From a virus: 43,131 nucleotides of DNA. Where the stretch lies: the UHGV virus genome UHGV-0209493; one strand, written 5' to 3'. Position 1 is the first letter of the stretch, and the number at the start of each line of letters is the position of its first letter. This document shows positions 18,877 to 27,885 of this stretch, one piece after another. The notes beneath the pieces are model-generated. The model was not told the DNA's origin and did not search any database. It saw only the letters and a program-made list of their open reading frames with translations. A program made the position numbers and the translations under genes.

Positions 18877-19356
18877 TTAGTCCTCTGCCTCCGTCCAGCC
18901 ATAGGCGCCGGGCTCCCACACGTTGTTGGCCACGTCGGATACCCAATGCTTGCCGTTATGGCTGCACTTCGCGCCCTTTTCGTAGGCGTCATGTGCGCCG
19001 ATGGGCTGAGACCACGCGGGCCATTCTTCCGCCGGATCGGCAGTCAGCGCCCAAAGAGACGCGGCGGTGGGCGGTGTCCAATCGTCCTGCGACGTATGCG
19101 CCTGCACGCAGCGATAGAGCTTTCGCTGTTCACCTTCGCCGTAGGTGCGCAATTCGCCCTGCTTATAAGCGACGCCGCTCTGCCAGGGCGCAAACACGTC
19201 GATGTTTTCCATGGCCGTGGTATCGTCGATATCGCCTTTTTCGGCCATGACCACAAAGGCGATGTTCGCCGTCTTTTTCAGCGCTTCCGTTTCCATTCTG
19301 GCCACTTCCAGCGCCTGCTTTTCGGCGAGATTCATGGTATTCTTCACATATTCCAT
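18877..19356 (-). CDS. Carbohydrate-binding-module (CBM5/12-like) protein
   Basis: WQSGVAYKQG, LYRCVQAHTSQDDWTP, WSQPIGAHDAYEKG motifs. Confidence 0.75.
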   Translation of the reverse strand: MEYVKNTMNLAEKQALEVARMETEALKKTANIAFVVMAEKGDIDDTTAMENIDVFAPWQSGVAYKQGELRTYGEGEQRKLYRCVQAHTSQDDWTPPTAASLWALTADPAEEWPAWSQPIGAHDAYEKGAKCSHNGKHWVSDVANNVWEPGAYGWTEAED

Positions 19357-19378
19357 GGTTTTTCCTCCATATAAGATC

Positions 19379-19415
19379 TCCGGGCGGAGCCTTTCAGGCG
19401 GGCGTTCCGCCCGGA
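19379..19415 (-). promoter_or_regulatory. Hairpin/cruciform just downstream of DGR-type variable region
   Basis: TCCGGGCGGA...TCCGCCCGGA 10-bp inverted repeat enclosing GCCT-GAA-AGGC. Confidence 0.55.
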
Positions 19416-19425
19416 TGGGGAGCGA

Positions 19426-20676
19426 TTAGCAGATGACACAAGCCGGGGAGAAACGACCCGCGGTGCTGGCGTGGTAGTAGCCGACATAGCCCGCGGGATC
19501 CACATTCCACACACCATACGCACTGCCACGAAAAGCACTCCGCAAACGCACGAGCTGCGGAGAATTTGCGTTCAGCGCCGGAGTCTTGAAGCCCTCGAAT
19601 TTATTGGAATCGTACCAGCCGACGGGGCCGGTCACGCCGAGGCGCTTACGCCAATACGGCCAGTAGCTGCCTTCCACGTTCGCCAGCTGCGGATTAGCGT
19701 TCATCTGCTCAAGCGACGGCAGGAAGAACGTATCGTAGGTGTCCTCCGTGGTTGCGGAGAGACCTTCCACAGTATTCAGCGCAGTCGTCACCTTGACCGG
19801 CTTGATGGCGGCAAGGAAATCGTCCGAGAAGCCGGACATAAAGCCTTTCTTGGTATACTGGTCCGGTCTAATGTCGAAATCCTCCTGGCTCTTCCACCAA
19901 TTTTCTCCGGATGCGTTCAAATACTGCCGAATCGCAGATGTACCCCAGCGATTATGACCATAGCAGACGCACTGCATGGAATTTAGCCCGTCGTCACCAA
20001 CGGAAGCCAACTGCATTGTGCCAAGGCTGGTTCCATCATTACCGGCAGTCACATCTACCGTTTCAATGGGGCTTGCCGCATCTGGCGTCGCCCAGCTTTT
20101 CACCTTGAATGCGGTGGTTGCCACGTCCGGCAAGCTCTCAAAGCCGCTCAGGCGGCCACCTGCGGGTACGGCCTGCGTCAGGGTGAACTGCCAGGTTGTG
20201 CCTGCGTCCGCGCCATTGCTGCCCCACTTCGCGCCGAAGGTCACATAGTAGGTTCCCGCAGCCAGGCCGTCCGGACAATGCTTGAACGCCTGCTGATGAC
20301 TGAACTGCACGCCATAGGCAGAGCACAGGTGCATCTGGAGCCATAGGCCCGGCACCTCGCTGCCGTCCTTTAGCGTCACCATGCCGTAGTTTACGATATT
20401 CCAGGCCACCTGATAGGCGGTCTCGTTCGTATTGTGGGCGCTGTCGTCCATGTCCTTCCACGGCGCGATAATCTGATCGCCAATCGGGAACAACCGGGGC
20501 AGCTCCTCCAGGCTGCTGGTGCGCACCAAATGGGCGATCTGCGCCATGGAGCTGTAAATTTCGCTGCGCTTTCCCTCCGCCAGCATGGCCAGATAACCAC
20601 TTTGACGGTCCAGCGCGTCTTTGATCAGCATGCCCGTTTCGTTGAGCATAATGGGATCGTTGGTGATGGTACTCAT
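19426..20676 (-). CDS. DUF6273-like / C-type-lectin-fold receptor-binding protein, DGR target type
   Basis: HNRWGTSAIRQYLN, DTFFLPSLEQ and terminal RLRSA...WNV...FSPACVI motifs. Confidence 0.75.
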   Translation of the reverse strand: MSTITNDPIMLNETGMLIKDALDRQSGYLAMLAEGKRSEIYSSMAQIAHLVRTSSLEELPRLFPIGDQIIAPWKDMDDSAHNTNETAYQVAWNIVNYGMVTLKDGSEVPGLWLQMHLCSAYGVQFSHQQAFKHCPDGLAAGTYYVTFGAKWGSNGADAGTTWQFTLTQAVPAGGRLSGFESLPDVATTAFKVKSWATPDAASPIETVDVTAGNDGTSLGTMQLASVGDDGLNSMQCVCYGHNRWGTSAIRQYLNASGENWWKSQEDFDIRPDQYTKKGFMSGFSDDFLAAIKPVKVTTALNTVEGLSATTEDTYDTFFLPSLEQMNANPQLANVEGSYWPYWRKRLGVTGPVGWYDSNKFEGFKTPALNANSPQLVRLRSAFRGSAYGVWNVDPAGYVGYYHASTAGRFSPACVIC

Positions 20677-20680
20677 GCAA

Positions 20681-21562
20681 TCACTCCCTTTCTACGCGCA
20701 CGCACAGTTTCCCGTCCTGCACGGATAGGCCCAGGGCGGAAATGGATGCAGCTACATACGCGGATGTTTTCGCGCTGCTCCATGTTTCTGTGGCGTTTTC
20801 CGCTGCATCGTTAATCTGCACGCCGTCCTTTCCGGGGTCGCCCTTTTCCCCCTTGAAAGCGCCGTTGTCCAGTTTGCTTTGCACCGTTTCAGCCACATTT
20901 GTGGCCGCTTCCGTTGCTTTTTGTGCTGCGCCGGATGCAGCCTGTGCAGTTCTTGATGCTGTTTCTGCATCTTGTGCAGCCTGATCGGCGGCTTTTGCCG
21001 CATTTTCTGCTTCGGCTGTTGCATCTGCCACAGTTGCTGCCGCCGCTTCCGCCGCATTGGCAGCCTCTTTCGCCGCCTTCGCAATAATTTGTGCCTGAAA
21101 GGCCGCCTTGTTTGCGTCCTGGGTGGCCTGGGTGAGCCGGTCCATAGCATCTCCCGTCGCGCCGCAGGCCTTCCGCCCGCCCGCCGTGAAGCCGATTTTC
21201 TGCTGCCCCAGGGGCATATGCTTGCGCCGGTAGTCCTTAGCAAAATCGTTCCAGGCGCTGTTAAACAGCAGCATGCTGTTTTGATACTTTCCCAGCTCAC
21301 CGTTTCCCAGGTCGATCATGGCCTCCAGCCACCAGCGATAGAGCGCGTCAAAGGGAGCGCCGGCCAGCAGCCGGGTGTCCTGATCCACGTCCGGGGGATA
21401 GCCGCCGAAGGTCGCCGGCATGCTTTCGTCCATTTCATGGCGCAGCACCACGTCGTTGTAGATCCGCTGATCCACCTGGCTCAGCCAGTAGATTTTCTGC
21501 TGTTCGTCAAACTGGTTGGGCTTCAGCGCGTCCACCTGATCCAGCGCGTCCCGGATGTTCAT
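20681..21562 (-). CDS. Head-tail adaptor with Ala-rich coiled-coil / collagen-like C-terminal extension
   Basis: Adaptor-like N-terminus (KPNQF...WLSQVD...APFDALY...RRKHMP) followed by Ala-rich heptads and GEKGDPGKDG. Confidence 0.65.
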   Translation of the reverse strand: MNIRDALDQVDALKPNQFDEQQKIYWLSQVDQRIYNDVVLRHEMDESMPATFGGYPPDVDQDTRLLAGAPFDALYRWWLEAMIDLGNGELGKYQNSMLLFNSAWNDFAKDYRRKHMPLGQQKIGFTAGGRKACGATGDAMDRLTQATQDANKAAFQAQIIAKAAKEAANAAEAAAATVADATAEAENAAKAADQAAQDAETASRTAQAASGAAQKATEAATNVAETVQSKLDNGAFKGEKGDPGKDGVQINDAAENATETWSSAKTSAYVAASISALGLSVQDGKLCVRVERE

Positions 21563-21819
21563 CGGGCGTTCATTCCTTCCGTTCCGCGAAATTCTTCCTT
21601 GGCGCTGTCCTGCAGGGCCTTGCGCATGTCCTCGCTGTTCGCCAGCACCTCATACACCGGCAGCGGCACTTCCACCTCCCGGCCCTTGGGCACAAAGTAA
21701 TCCTTGCCGTTTACCGATACCAGCCGGGTTTCCTGCTCCCCACGGCTGTACTTGGGGATGAGCACCTTCCGCTTTTCAAGCCAGGGGTTCCTGGGCTCCA
21801 CGGTCTCGTTTACCTTCAT
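21559..21819 (-). CDS. Small head-associated hypothetical protein
   Basis: VSVNGKDYFVPKGREVEVP; directly after capsid terminator, with RBS. Confidence 0.7.
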   Translation of the reverse strand: MKVNETVEPRNPWLEKRKVLIPKYSRGEQETRLVSVNGKDYFVPKGREVEVPLPVYEVLANSEDMRKALQDSAKEEFRGTEGMNAR

Positions 21820-21847
21820 TGTTTTCCCTCTCTTTCTAAAGGGGTAG

Positions 21848-21872
21848 CTCGAAGGGGCAGCGCCCCTTCGAG
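21848..21872 (-). terminator. Hairpin after major capsid gene
   Basis: CTCGAAGGGGC-AGC-GCCCCTTCGAG inverted repeat. Confidence 0.55.
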
Positions 21873-21907
21873 TGTCACCCGCAGCACCGGGTTTGCCGGT
21901 GCGAAGC

Positions 21908-23149
21908 TTAGTTTGCCTCGTCCACGTCGCTGTAGGCGCTGCCGCACTCCACGCGCACCATCCGCTCCTCGTAGAGGATCTTGGTGGCCGTCTCGAAATG
22001 CACGCCCACGGTGCCAAATTGGTTCAGGGGGCCGCCGATTTCCTCGGGGGTTTTGTGGATCATCTCCATGCCGCCGCCCTCCACGTCCACCACGCCGTAG
22101 GCGTCCTTGCCCAGGAAGATGCAGCCATACACGGCGCAGCCGTCCTTGCCGCCCTCGCCGGGGTAGATGGGGTCGTTGTCGCTGGCCGTCACGGCGGTGT
22201 CCAGGGTCAGCTGGGTGGTTGTGTTGTCCGTCACCTTGGCTCGGGTGCCGCCGATGATCACATAGCGCCCGATCAGCGCGTCCGCCGCCACCGTACCCCC
22301 GTCAAAGCTCACGGTCTTGGCCGCGCTGGCCGCCGCGGAAAGCTGCAGGTTTCGGGTGTCGCCTGCCAGGTTTTCGCCCCTGAAAATCTTGGCGTTGGTG
22401 GTCTCCACAAAGCGCACCCCGTGGAGCTCGCCGATTTCCCCGTTGTAAATTTCCTCCGGACTGGCGTACTTGTGAGCGTCCAGCCAGTCGGTGCTCTTGC
22501 GCAGGTCGTAGGCCACCGAAGGGTGGATGATGGCGATGTACTTGCCGTTGATGGTGGGCGCGTTCATCTTCACCAGCTTCGTCCGGGCCCGGGCCACCAG
22601 GTCCGGGGTGAGGGTGCAGCTCTTGCCCAGCCCCGCCCGGCTGGTCACGTCGGTGCTGCCGCTGGGGGCGTAGATCACCACGGAGCCGGTCATCACCTCG
22701 TTGCGCACCAGCTTGTCCAGGCTGTTGCTGCCCGCGCCGGAAAGCTCCTCGGTCATGTCCAGCATCACCGGGTCGATAGCGTGGAGCTTGAGCCGGCTGG
22801 TCACCGCAGCATAGTCGCCGTACTCGTATACGTCCGCCTGGATGCTGCTGTAGCCAAACTTCTTGCCCACAGGGATCACGCCCTCGGTGAGCTTCTGCAC
22901 ATCGCCGAAGGTGTTGGGCTTGCGCCATTCGATGCTGGTGCCGTGGTTCGCCGGCAGGGGCTGCCGCTTGCCAAACTGGGCGTATACCAGCTTCGCCCGG
23001 GCGTTTTCCAGGGCTTCGGTGTTGTAGTAGGTTTTCATCTGGGGGGTCATGGTGTTCTTCTGGTCAAACGCCTGCGCTTCCCCCGTGTATGCGTTTACGT
23101 AATTCTGGCTGGTGCTTACCAGCGCACCGCCGTTTCCATATTCAGGCAC
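21908..23149 (-). CDS. Major capsid protein, N4-gp56 family
   Basis: LTEGVIP, YIAIIHPSVAYDL, GEIGELHGVRFVET and GPLNQFGTVG motifs. Confidence 0.9.
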   Translation of the reverse strand: MPEYGNGGALVSTSQNYVNAYTGEAQAFDQKNTMTPQMKTYYNTEALENARAKLVYAQFGKRQPLPANHGTSIEWRKPNTFGDVQKLTEGVIPVGKKFGYSSIQADVYEYGDYAAVTSRLKLHAIDPVMLDMTEELSGAGSNSLDKLVRNEVMTGSVVIYAPSGSTDVTSRAGLGKSCTLTPDLVARARTKLVKMNAPTINGKYIAIIHPSVAYDLRKSTDWLDAHKYASPEEIYNGEIGELHGVRFVETTNAKIFRGENLAGDTRNLQLSAAASAAKTVSFDGGTVAADALIGRYVIIGGTRAKVTDNTTTQLTLDTAVTASDNDPIYPGEGGKDGCAVYGCIFLGKDAYGVVDVEGGGMEMIHKTPEEIGGPLNQFGTVGVHFETATKILYEERMVRVECGSAYSDVDEAN

Positions 23150-23236
23150 GGTTACCTCACTTTCTCGGCGCTTTTTCGCCGCTCAGGCAACCGGGCTTCC
23201 TCCAAATCAAATCAATTCCATGCTTCCGTCTGCGGC

Positions 23237-24175
23237 TTAGAGGGTGATTTCCTCGCCGTTTTGCACCCTTCTGCGGATTTCCGCCCGGTCAGCCTTGGTA
23301 AATTTTGTCGGGTCTGTTTTCACGATCACCGGGTTCTGGCCCTGCATCCCGCCTTCCCGGGGCCGGGCCGCGTTGGCCTGCACGCTGGCGGCAATCTTTT
23401 CCGCCGCACGCTGGCCGGCATACTGCATGCTGGCCTGCTGGATCTCGTCGTGATGGATGGCAAAGTACGCATCCTTGACAGATACGCCGTTTTGCGGGCT
23501 GGTCAGCCGGGCAAAGCGCTCATCCGTCTGCAGCTCGTGGGCCAGGTCAAAATTGGGGAAAATGGCCTTCATTTCCTGGGCCTGGGTGGATAGCTTTTCC
23601 CAGTGCTGCCGCAGCATCTGCTCCTCGGCGCTCTGAGCCTCCAGCGCGTGGAGCCGCTTGCTGTCCGCCTCCAGCTGCCGCATGGTGCGCAGGGTGTCCA
23701 CGTCCACGCCCCGCTGGTTGGCTTCCTCCTCGATGCCCTCGTCCTGCAGCTTCCGGGCCAGCCCCTCCACGTCGTCCGCCGACACATTGTACTTCTGCGC
23801 CAGCGTCTGCAGGATGGGCTCCATGGCCGCCATTTTTTTGTCCTGGACTTCTCGCCCCTTGAACCGGTCCTTGAGTATGGCTTGCACCTTGGCGTCAAAA
23901 TCGGCCTTGTAGTCGCCCTTGATCAGGTCGTCAAAGGCCGCCTTTTCCGGCTGTCCCTCCGGCTGCTGCTGCGCCTTGGGCTCCTGTCCCTTTTGCACGC
24001 CGTATCGCACGTTGGCCAGGGGATTCTCCCTGCCGCGCCGCCCCAGATGGGGGATGGGCGCTTCCTGCGCCGCTTCCGGTGCGCCCTGGCCTGGGGCCGC
24101 TCCTTCGCCTGCGCCGGCCGCTCCCGCCGTGCCGTTTCCGCCTTCTGCAAACCGCTGCAAATCCAAATCCAACAT
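23237..24175 (-). CDS. Capsid scaffolding protein
   Basis: N-terminal LDLQRFAEG motif, coiled coils, position between portal and capsid. Confidence 0.75.
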   Translation of the reverse strand: MLDLDLQRFAEGGNGTAGAAGAGEGAAPGQGAPEAAQEAPIPHLGRRGRENPLANVRYGVQKGQEPKAQQQPEGQPEKAAFDDLIKGDYKADFDAKVQAILKDRFKGREVQDKKMAAMEPILQTLAQKYNVSADDVEGLARKLQDEGIEEEANQRGVDVDTLRTMRQLEADSKRLHALEAQSAEEQMLRQHWEKLSTQAQEMKAIFPNFDLAHELQTDERFARLTSPQNGVSVKDAYFAIHHDEIQQASMQYAGQRAAEKIAASVQANAARPREGGMQGQNPVIVKTDPTKFTKADRAEIRRRVQNGEEITL

Positions 24176-24252
24176 ATGTTCCGCCTTTCTCTGCCCGTAG
24201 GTGGGCGATCCCTTTATCGCGCCGAACGACTGCGCTTCTTCTGTTCCCCTCT

Positions 24253-24289
24253 ATCTTAGCAAAATTTTGCATAAAATTAGAGCCCCACC
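24253..24289 (-). promoter_or_regulatory. Late-type promoter P2 (scaffold/capsid operon)
   Basis: GGTGGGGCTCTAA-N15-TGCTAAGAT. Confidence 0.75.
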
Positions 24290-24296
24290 CAAGAAG

Positions 24297-24415
24297 CTCC
24301 ACACGCTACTCCGCTTCGCGGAAGCGTGTCACTTTTCTTCCCCTCTTGCAGTCCCTCCGGCGTGGCATTCGCCCCGCCTCCGGAAGGCTCCGGAAGGCTC
24401 CGAAAGGCTCCAAAA
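24297..24415. repeat. Modular hairpin repeat (A-B) plus 10-bp tandem GGCTCC-purine units
   Basis: CTCCACACGCTACTCCGCTTCGCGGAAGCGTGTCACTT... near-identical to 28546; then GGCTCCGGAA GGCTCCGAAA GGCTCCAAAA. Confidence 0.9.
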
Positions 24416-24420
24416 GCATC

Positions 24421-24445
24421 AAAAAATCCCGGCATTTCTGCCGGG
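24421..24445 (-). terminator. Intrinsic terminator after portal
   Basis: Minus strand CCCGGCA-GAAA-TGCCGGG-ATTTTTT. Confidence 0.8.
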
Positions 24446-24454
24446 CTGCTGTGT

Positions 24455-26497
24455 TTACGACGGCTGGCTCACCTGGGCCGCCCGCTCCCGGGCGTTGGCC
24501 ACCCGGGTGTTTTCCTTCGTCTGTCCGCTTTCGTCCACGGGGGTTTGGGTGGCCTGGGCCTCCATGCCCCCGCCCTGGTCCTGCATCACCGCGCCGGCCA
24601 GCTGCTGGGCCAGCTCCGGCTCGTACTTCTGGGCCAGCGTCAGCGCCACCTGCTGATACATGGCCATCATCTGCATCATGGTCTGCCCCTGCTGCAGCTT
24701 TTGCACGATGCGCTCCTTTCGGGGGAAGTCCATCATGTCCAGCAGCATCAGGCTCTGATCCACCATGCCCAGGTTAAACACCCCGGCGCCCAGCAGCTGC
24801 ATGGCCAGCTCGTTCTGGCTCATCTTGCTGTAGGCGTTTTGCTTCTGTGCGGCCACCTCCACGTCAAACACTGGCAGCCGCAGCCCCATGTCCATGCCCA
24901 GCTCCATGCCCGCCGGCTGGGCCGTCAGGCCCTGGTTGCTGTAGCTCACGTACTGGTACTGCATGTCCTCGCCCAGGATGCGGAATTTCCGCGGCGCGTC
25001 GTAAAATTGCCGGATCCGCTCAATCACCATGGTAATCATCCGGGCATAGGCCCGATAGGTGCCCTTGATGCCGTCCCGGCTGCTGCGTCCCGCCGCCTCC
25101 TGCAGGGCCGCAATGCCGCTGGCCGCCGTCACGCCGCTGGCGCTGCCGTTGGTCACGTCCTGGTTGCCCGATATTTGCTTGAGCTCCTCAATTTTGTTGT
25201 TGAGGATGCCCACATACACCGAGCTCAGCGGCCGGGTCTGGATGGGCTGGATGTATCGCTCGTCAATTTGGCCCTGCACATGGATAAAGGGCTTGGTAAA
25301 GTCTGCGTACTCCTGCTCGTTGATGTTGGCCTCGTCGCTCACAAAGCTCCGGGGGATGCTGCCCGCCATGGCGTTGAGCACGCAGGCGTGGCTCAGCAGG
25401 TCGATTTCCTCCTGGGCGTTGCGGCCCAGATCGATGTACCCCGTGCCCGCGATGGTGCCCTTGCGGGGAAACAGGGGGTCGATGATAAAGGGATAGTCCC
25501 CGTCCGCATACCAGCCGCTCCCGTCCATGGCCGGATCATCCTCGCTGGCGTAAAGCACCTCGCCGCTGACAAACTTGCAGTATTGCAGCTTCTTCCGCGG
25601 CCCCTCCCAGGTGTGATAGTACCAGTCCACCACCAGCGTCTTGTCGCTTACGTCAATGCTCTCGTCGTACTGATACTTACCAATGGTGATGCCGCTTTCC
25701 AGGGCCTTTCCCTCCAGCTGGGGATACTGGCGCTTCAGCGCGTCCTTGTCCACCAGCCTGCAGTAAAACAGGTGCTGGCTCTTCTGGATGTCGTTGATGC
25801 CGGGCTCCCAAAACAGGTTGATCAGGTCAATGGGCATAATGGTGATGTCCCCCAGGCCGCTTAGCTTGTCCGGATCCCAAAATACTCCCAGCGCCCCGGT
25901 GCCGTTTTTGTTTTTTTCCCAGCTCAGATCGCTGTATACCTGGGCAAAATCGTTTTGCTCCAGCACCACGGGCAGGATGCTGGTGAGCATCTTGGCCTCC
26001 TGCTGGTCGCCCTCTTCCCGGGGCAGGATGGTGGGTTCCGGGTAGCCCTCCACCATGTCCGCATGCTTGCCCATGATCACGTTGAACAGCCACTGGGTGG
26101 GCCGTTTCGCGTCCAGCATGCTTCCCTGCTCCTGCATCAGCTGCCAGCCCCGCTGCTCCCACCACAATTCGTTGGCGATCAGCCGCTGATCCAGCCGGTT
26201 TTTGCCCGCCTTGTAGCGCTGCAGGATGTGGGTGGCCTGCTGGATGGTTTCCGCCGTCACCCGTCTGGGCCGCTGCACCACTTCCGCCGCCGCCATGGCC
26301 GGATTGCCCGCCATCGCCGCCCCTGCCGGCATGGCCAGCTGCTGCTGCGGGTCGGCCATGTTCTGCTGCTCCGCCGCCAGCTGCCGCAAAATACCGGCCG
26401 TGTCCCCGTTCATCTGGGGGCTTTGCGCCTGCCGCGCCTGCTCCTGCGGCCCGTCCTGCTCCTTTAGCCCCTTCCTGCGGTTCATTTTTTCGCTCAT
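24455..26497 (-). CDS. Portal protein (P22-like)
   Basis: 680 aa after TerL; NLFWEPG, YPFIIDPLFP, GVTAASGIAALQEA motifs. Confidence 0.85.
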   Translation of the reverse strand: MSEKMNRRKGLKEQDGPQEQARQAQSPQMNGDTAGILRQLAAEQQNMADPQQQLAMPAGAAMAGNPAMAAAEVVQRPRRVTAETIQQATHILQRYKAGKNRLDQRLIANELWWEQRGWQLMQEQGSMLDAKRPTQWLFNVIMGKHADMVEGYPEPTILPREEGDQQEAKMLTSILPVVLEQNDFAQVYSDLSWEKNKNGTGALGVFWDPDKLSGLGDITIMPIDLINLFWEPGINDIQKSQHLFYCRLVDKDALKRQYPQLEGKALESGITIGKYQYDESIDVSDKTLVVDWYYHTWEGPRKKLQYCKFVSGEVLYASEDDPAMDGSGWYADGDYPFIIDPLFPRKGTIAGTGYIDLGRNAQEEIDLLSHACVLNAMAGSIPRSFVSDEANINEQEYADFTKPFIHVQGQIDERYIQPIQTRPLSSVYVGILNNKIEELKQISGNQDVTNGSASGVTAASGIAALQEAAGRSSRDGIKGTYRAYARMITMVIERIRQFYDAPRKFRILGEDMQYQYVSYSNQGLTAQPAGMELGMDMGLRLPVFDVEVAAQKQNAYSKMSQNELAMQLLGAGVFNLGMVDQSLMLLDMMDFPRKERIVQKLQQGQTMMQMMAMYQQVALTLAQKYEPELAQQLAGAVMQDQGGGMEAQATQTPVDESGQTKENTRVANARERAAQVSQPS

Positions 26498-26502
26498 CGC
26501 CT

Positions 26503-27885
26503 TTATCTCCTCCGTTTTTTGTACATGTTTAGCGGGTCGATCAGGATCGGCTCCGTGGTAGTGGGCATGGTGGGCTTAATAGGCCTGCTCATGCAGAAAT
26601 AGCGCCATTCGTCCGCCACGTGGTCCTCCCCGTCGCTGTCCAGGTCCTCGTCCATGTGGTCGTCATACACCAGCAGGGGCACCGTGCGGATGAAGGCCCT
26701 GCAATTCTCGAAAACATACATCATGGGGTACCCGTTATCGTCAAAGGCCAGCCGGTAATGGCACTGCATCCATCCCGGGATCCGGTCGTTGTTGGCCTTA
26801 TCGAAGTATACCCGGTGCTTCCGGGCCGTGTCCGCGGTGGATACCCCGTCCCCGCTGGCGTCCCAGATGGCCGGATCCGCCACCCCCCGAATCTCCCGCC
26901 CTGCCAGCCAGGGATGCTCCCGCTCCAGCCGGGCGATTTCCCCGAAAATTTTGTCGTCAATCCATTTCAGGCCCGTGTTTGGCTCGTCCTTTTTGCAGCC
27001 GTACAGCTCCAGGATGCGGTAAATCACCCCGTCGTAGTCCACCGCCCACCAGCCGCAGGAAAAGGGATGCATATAGCCCCAGTCAAAGCTGCGATAGATT
27101 TTCCAGCCCTTGGGCGGCTCGAATGGGGCGATCACGTGGGTGTAGCGCCGGTCCTCATAGTGCTCGGGGCTGTCGGTAAACTCTTCGAAAAACTGGCCCT
27201 CGTAGATGTCCCAGTTGCCGTACAGGTGGGCCTCCCGCAGCTTGGGCGGCAGCTTCTCCAGCTGTTTGATGTACCCGGGCTGGGCCCGCATCAGCGCCCG
27301 GTTGTCTGTCACCAAAGACTGGATGAAGGTATACTGCTCCGGGTCCTCCCCGTCGGTAAACCGGCCCTCCTTGAGCCGCTTGATGTACTGATGTCCCTTG
27401 CCCCCGGGGTTGCAGGTCATGTACATCCGCTTGGGGTATCCGTTCACTCCGCGTATACAGGTATCAATGGCCTTGATCTGATACTCGCTCAGGTGGGTGG
27501 CCTCGTCGATGCACGCCACGTCGTACTCCTGACCGTAAAACTTGAGCAGATCGTCGTCCCTGGCGCAGTAGCGGTACTTGATCCGGCTGCCATTGCCAAA
27601 GCGCATCTCATGCTCCGCCCCGTTGTACCGGGCGATGCCGTTGAGCATCAGCTTCATGGGGTTGATATGGTTGTCCAGCAGCTCTTGATAGGTCTCGCGC
27701 ACGATCAGGATGGTGATGCCGGGGAAATGCAGGCACAGCAGGATGGCCTTCCAGCGCACCGCCCAGCTTTTCCCGCCGCCCCGGGCGCCGCCGAAGATGA
27801 TATACCGATGTGTCTGATCGCTGAGCATCTGCCGCTGGCGCAGGTTGGGCTCCGGCATGCTCAGGGCCACATGCTTGCCGCTCAC
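26503..27885 (-). CDS. terL: Terminase large subunit
   Basis: Walker A GGARGGGKS, Walker B IDEATH, TCNPGG, nuclease DWG and EDHVADEWRY motifs. Confidence 0.95.
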   Translation of the reverse strand: MSGKHVALSMPEPNLRQRQMLSDQTHRYIIFGGARGGGKSWAVRWKAILLCLHFPGITILIVRETYQELLDNHINPMKLMLNGIARYNGAEHEMRFGNGSRIKYRYCARDDDLLKFYGQEYDVACIDEATHLSEYQIKAIDTCIRGVNGYPKRMYMTCNPGGKGHQYIKRLKEGRFTDGEDPEQYTFIQSLVTDNRALMRAQPGYIKQLEKLPPKLREAHLYGNWDIYEGQFFEEFTDSPEHYEDRRYTHVIAPFEPPKGWKIYRSFDWGYMHPFSCGWWAVDYDGVIYRILELYGCKKDEPNTGLKWIDDKIFGEIARLEREHPWLAGREIRGVADPAIWDASGDGVSTADTARKHRVYFDKANNDRIPGWMQCHYRLAFDDNGYPMMYVFENCRAFIRTVPLLVYDDHMDEDLDSDGEDHVADEWRYFCMSRPIKPTMPTTTEPILIDPLNMYKKRRR

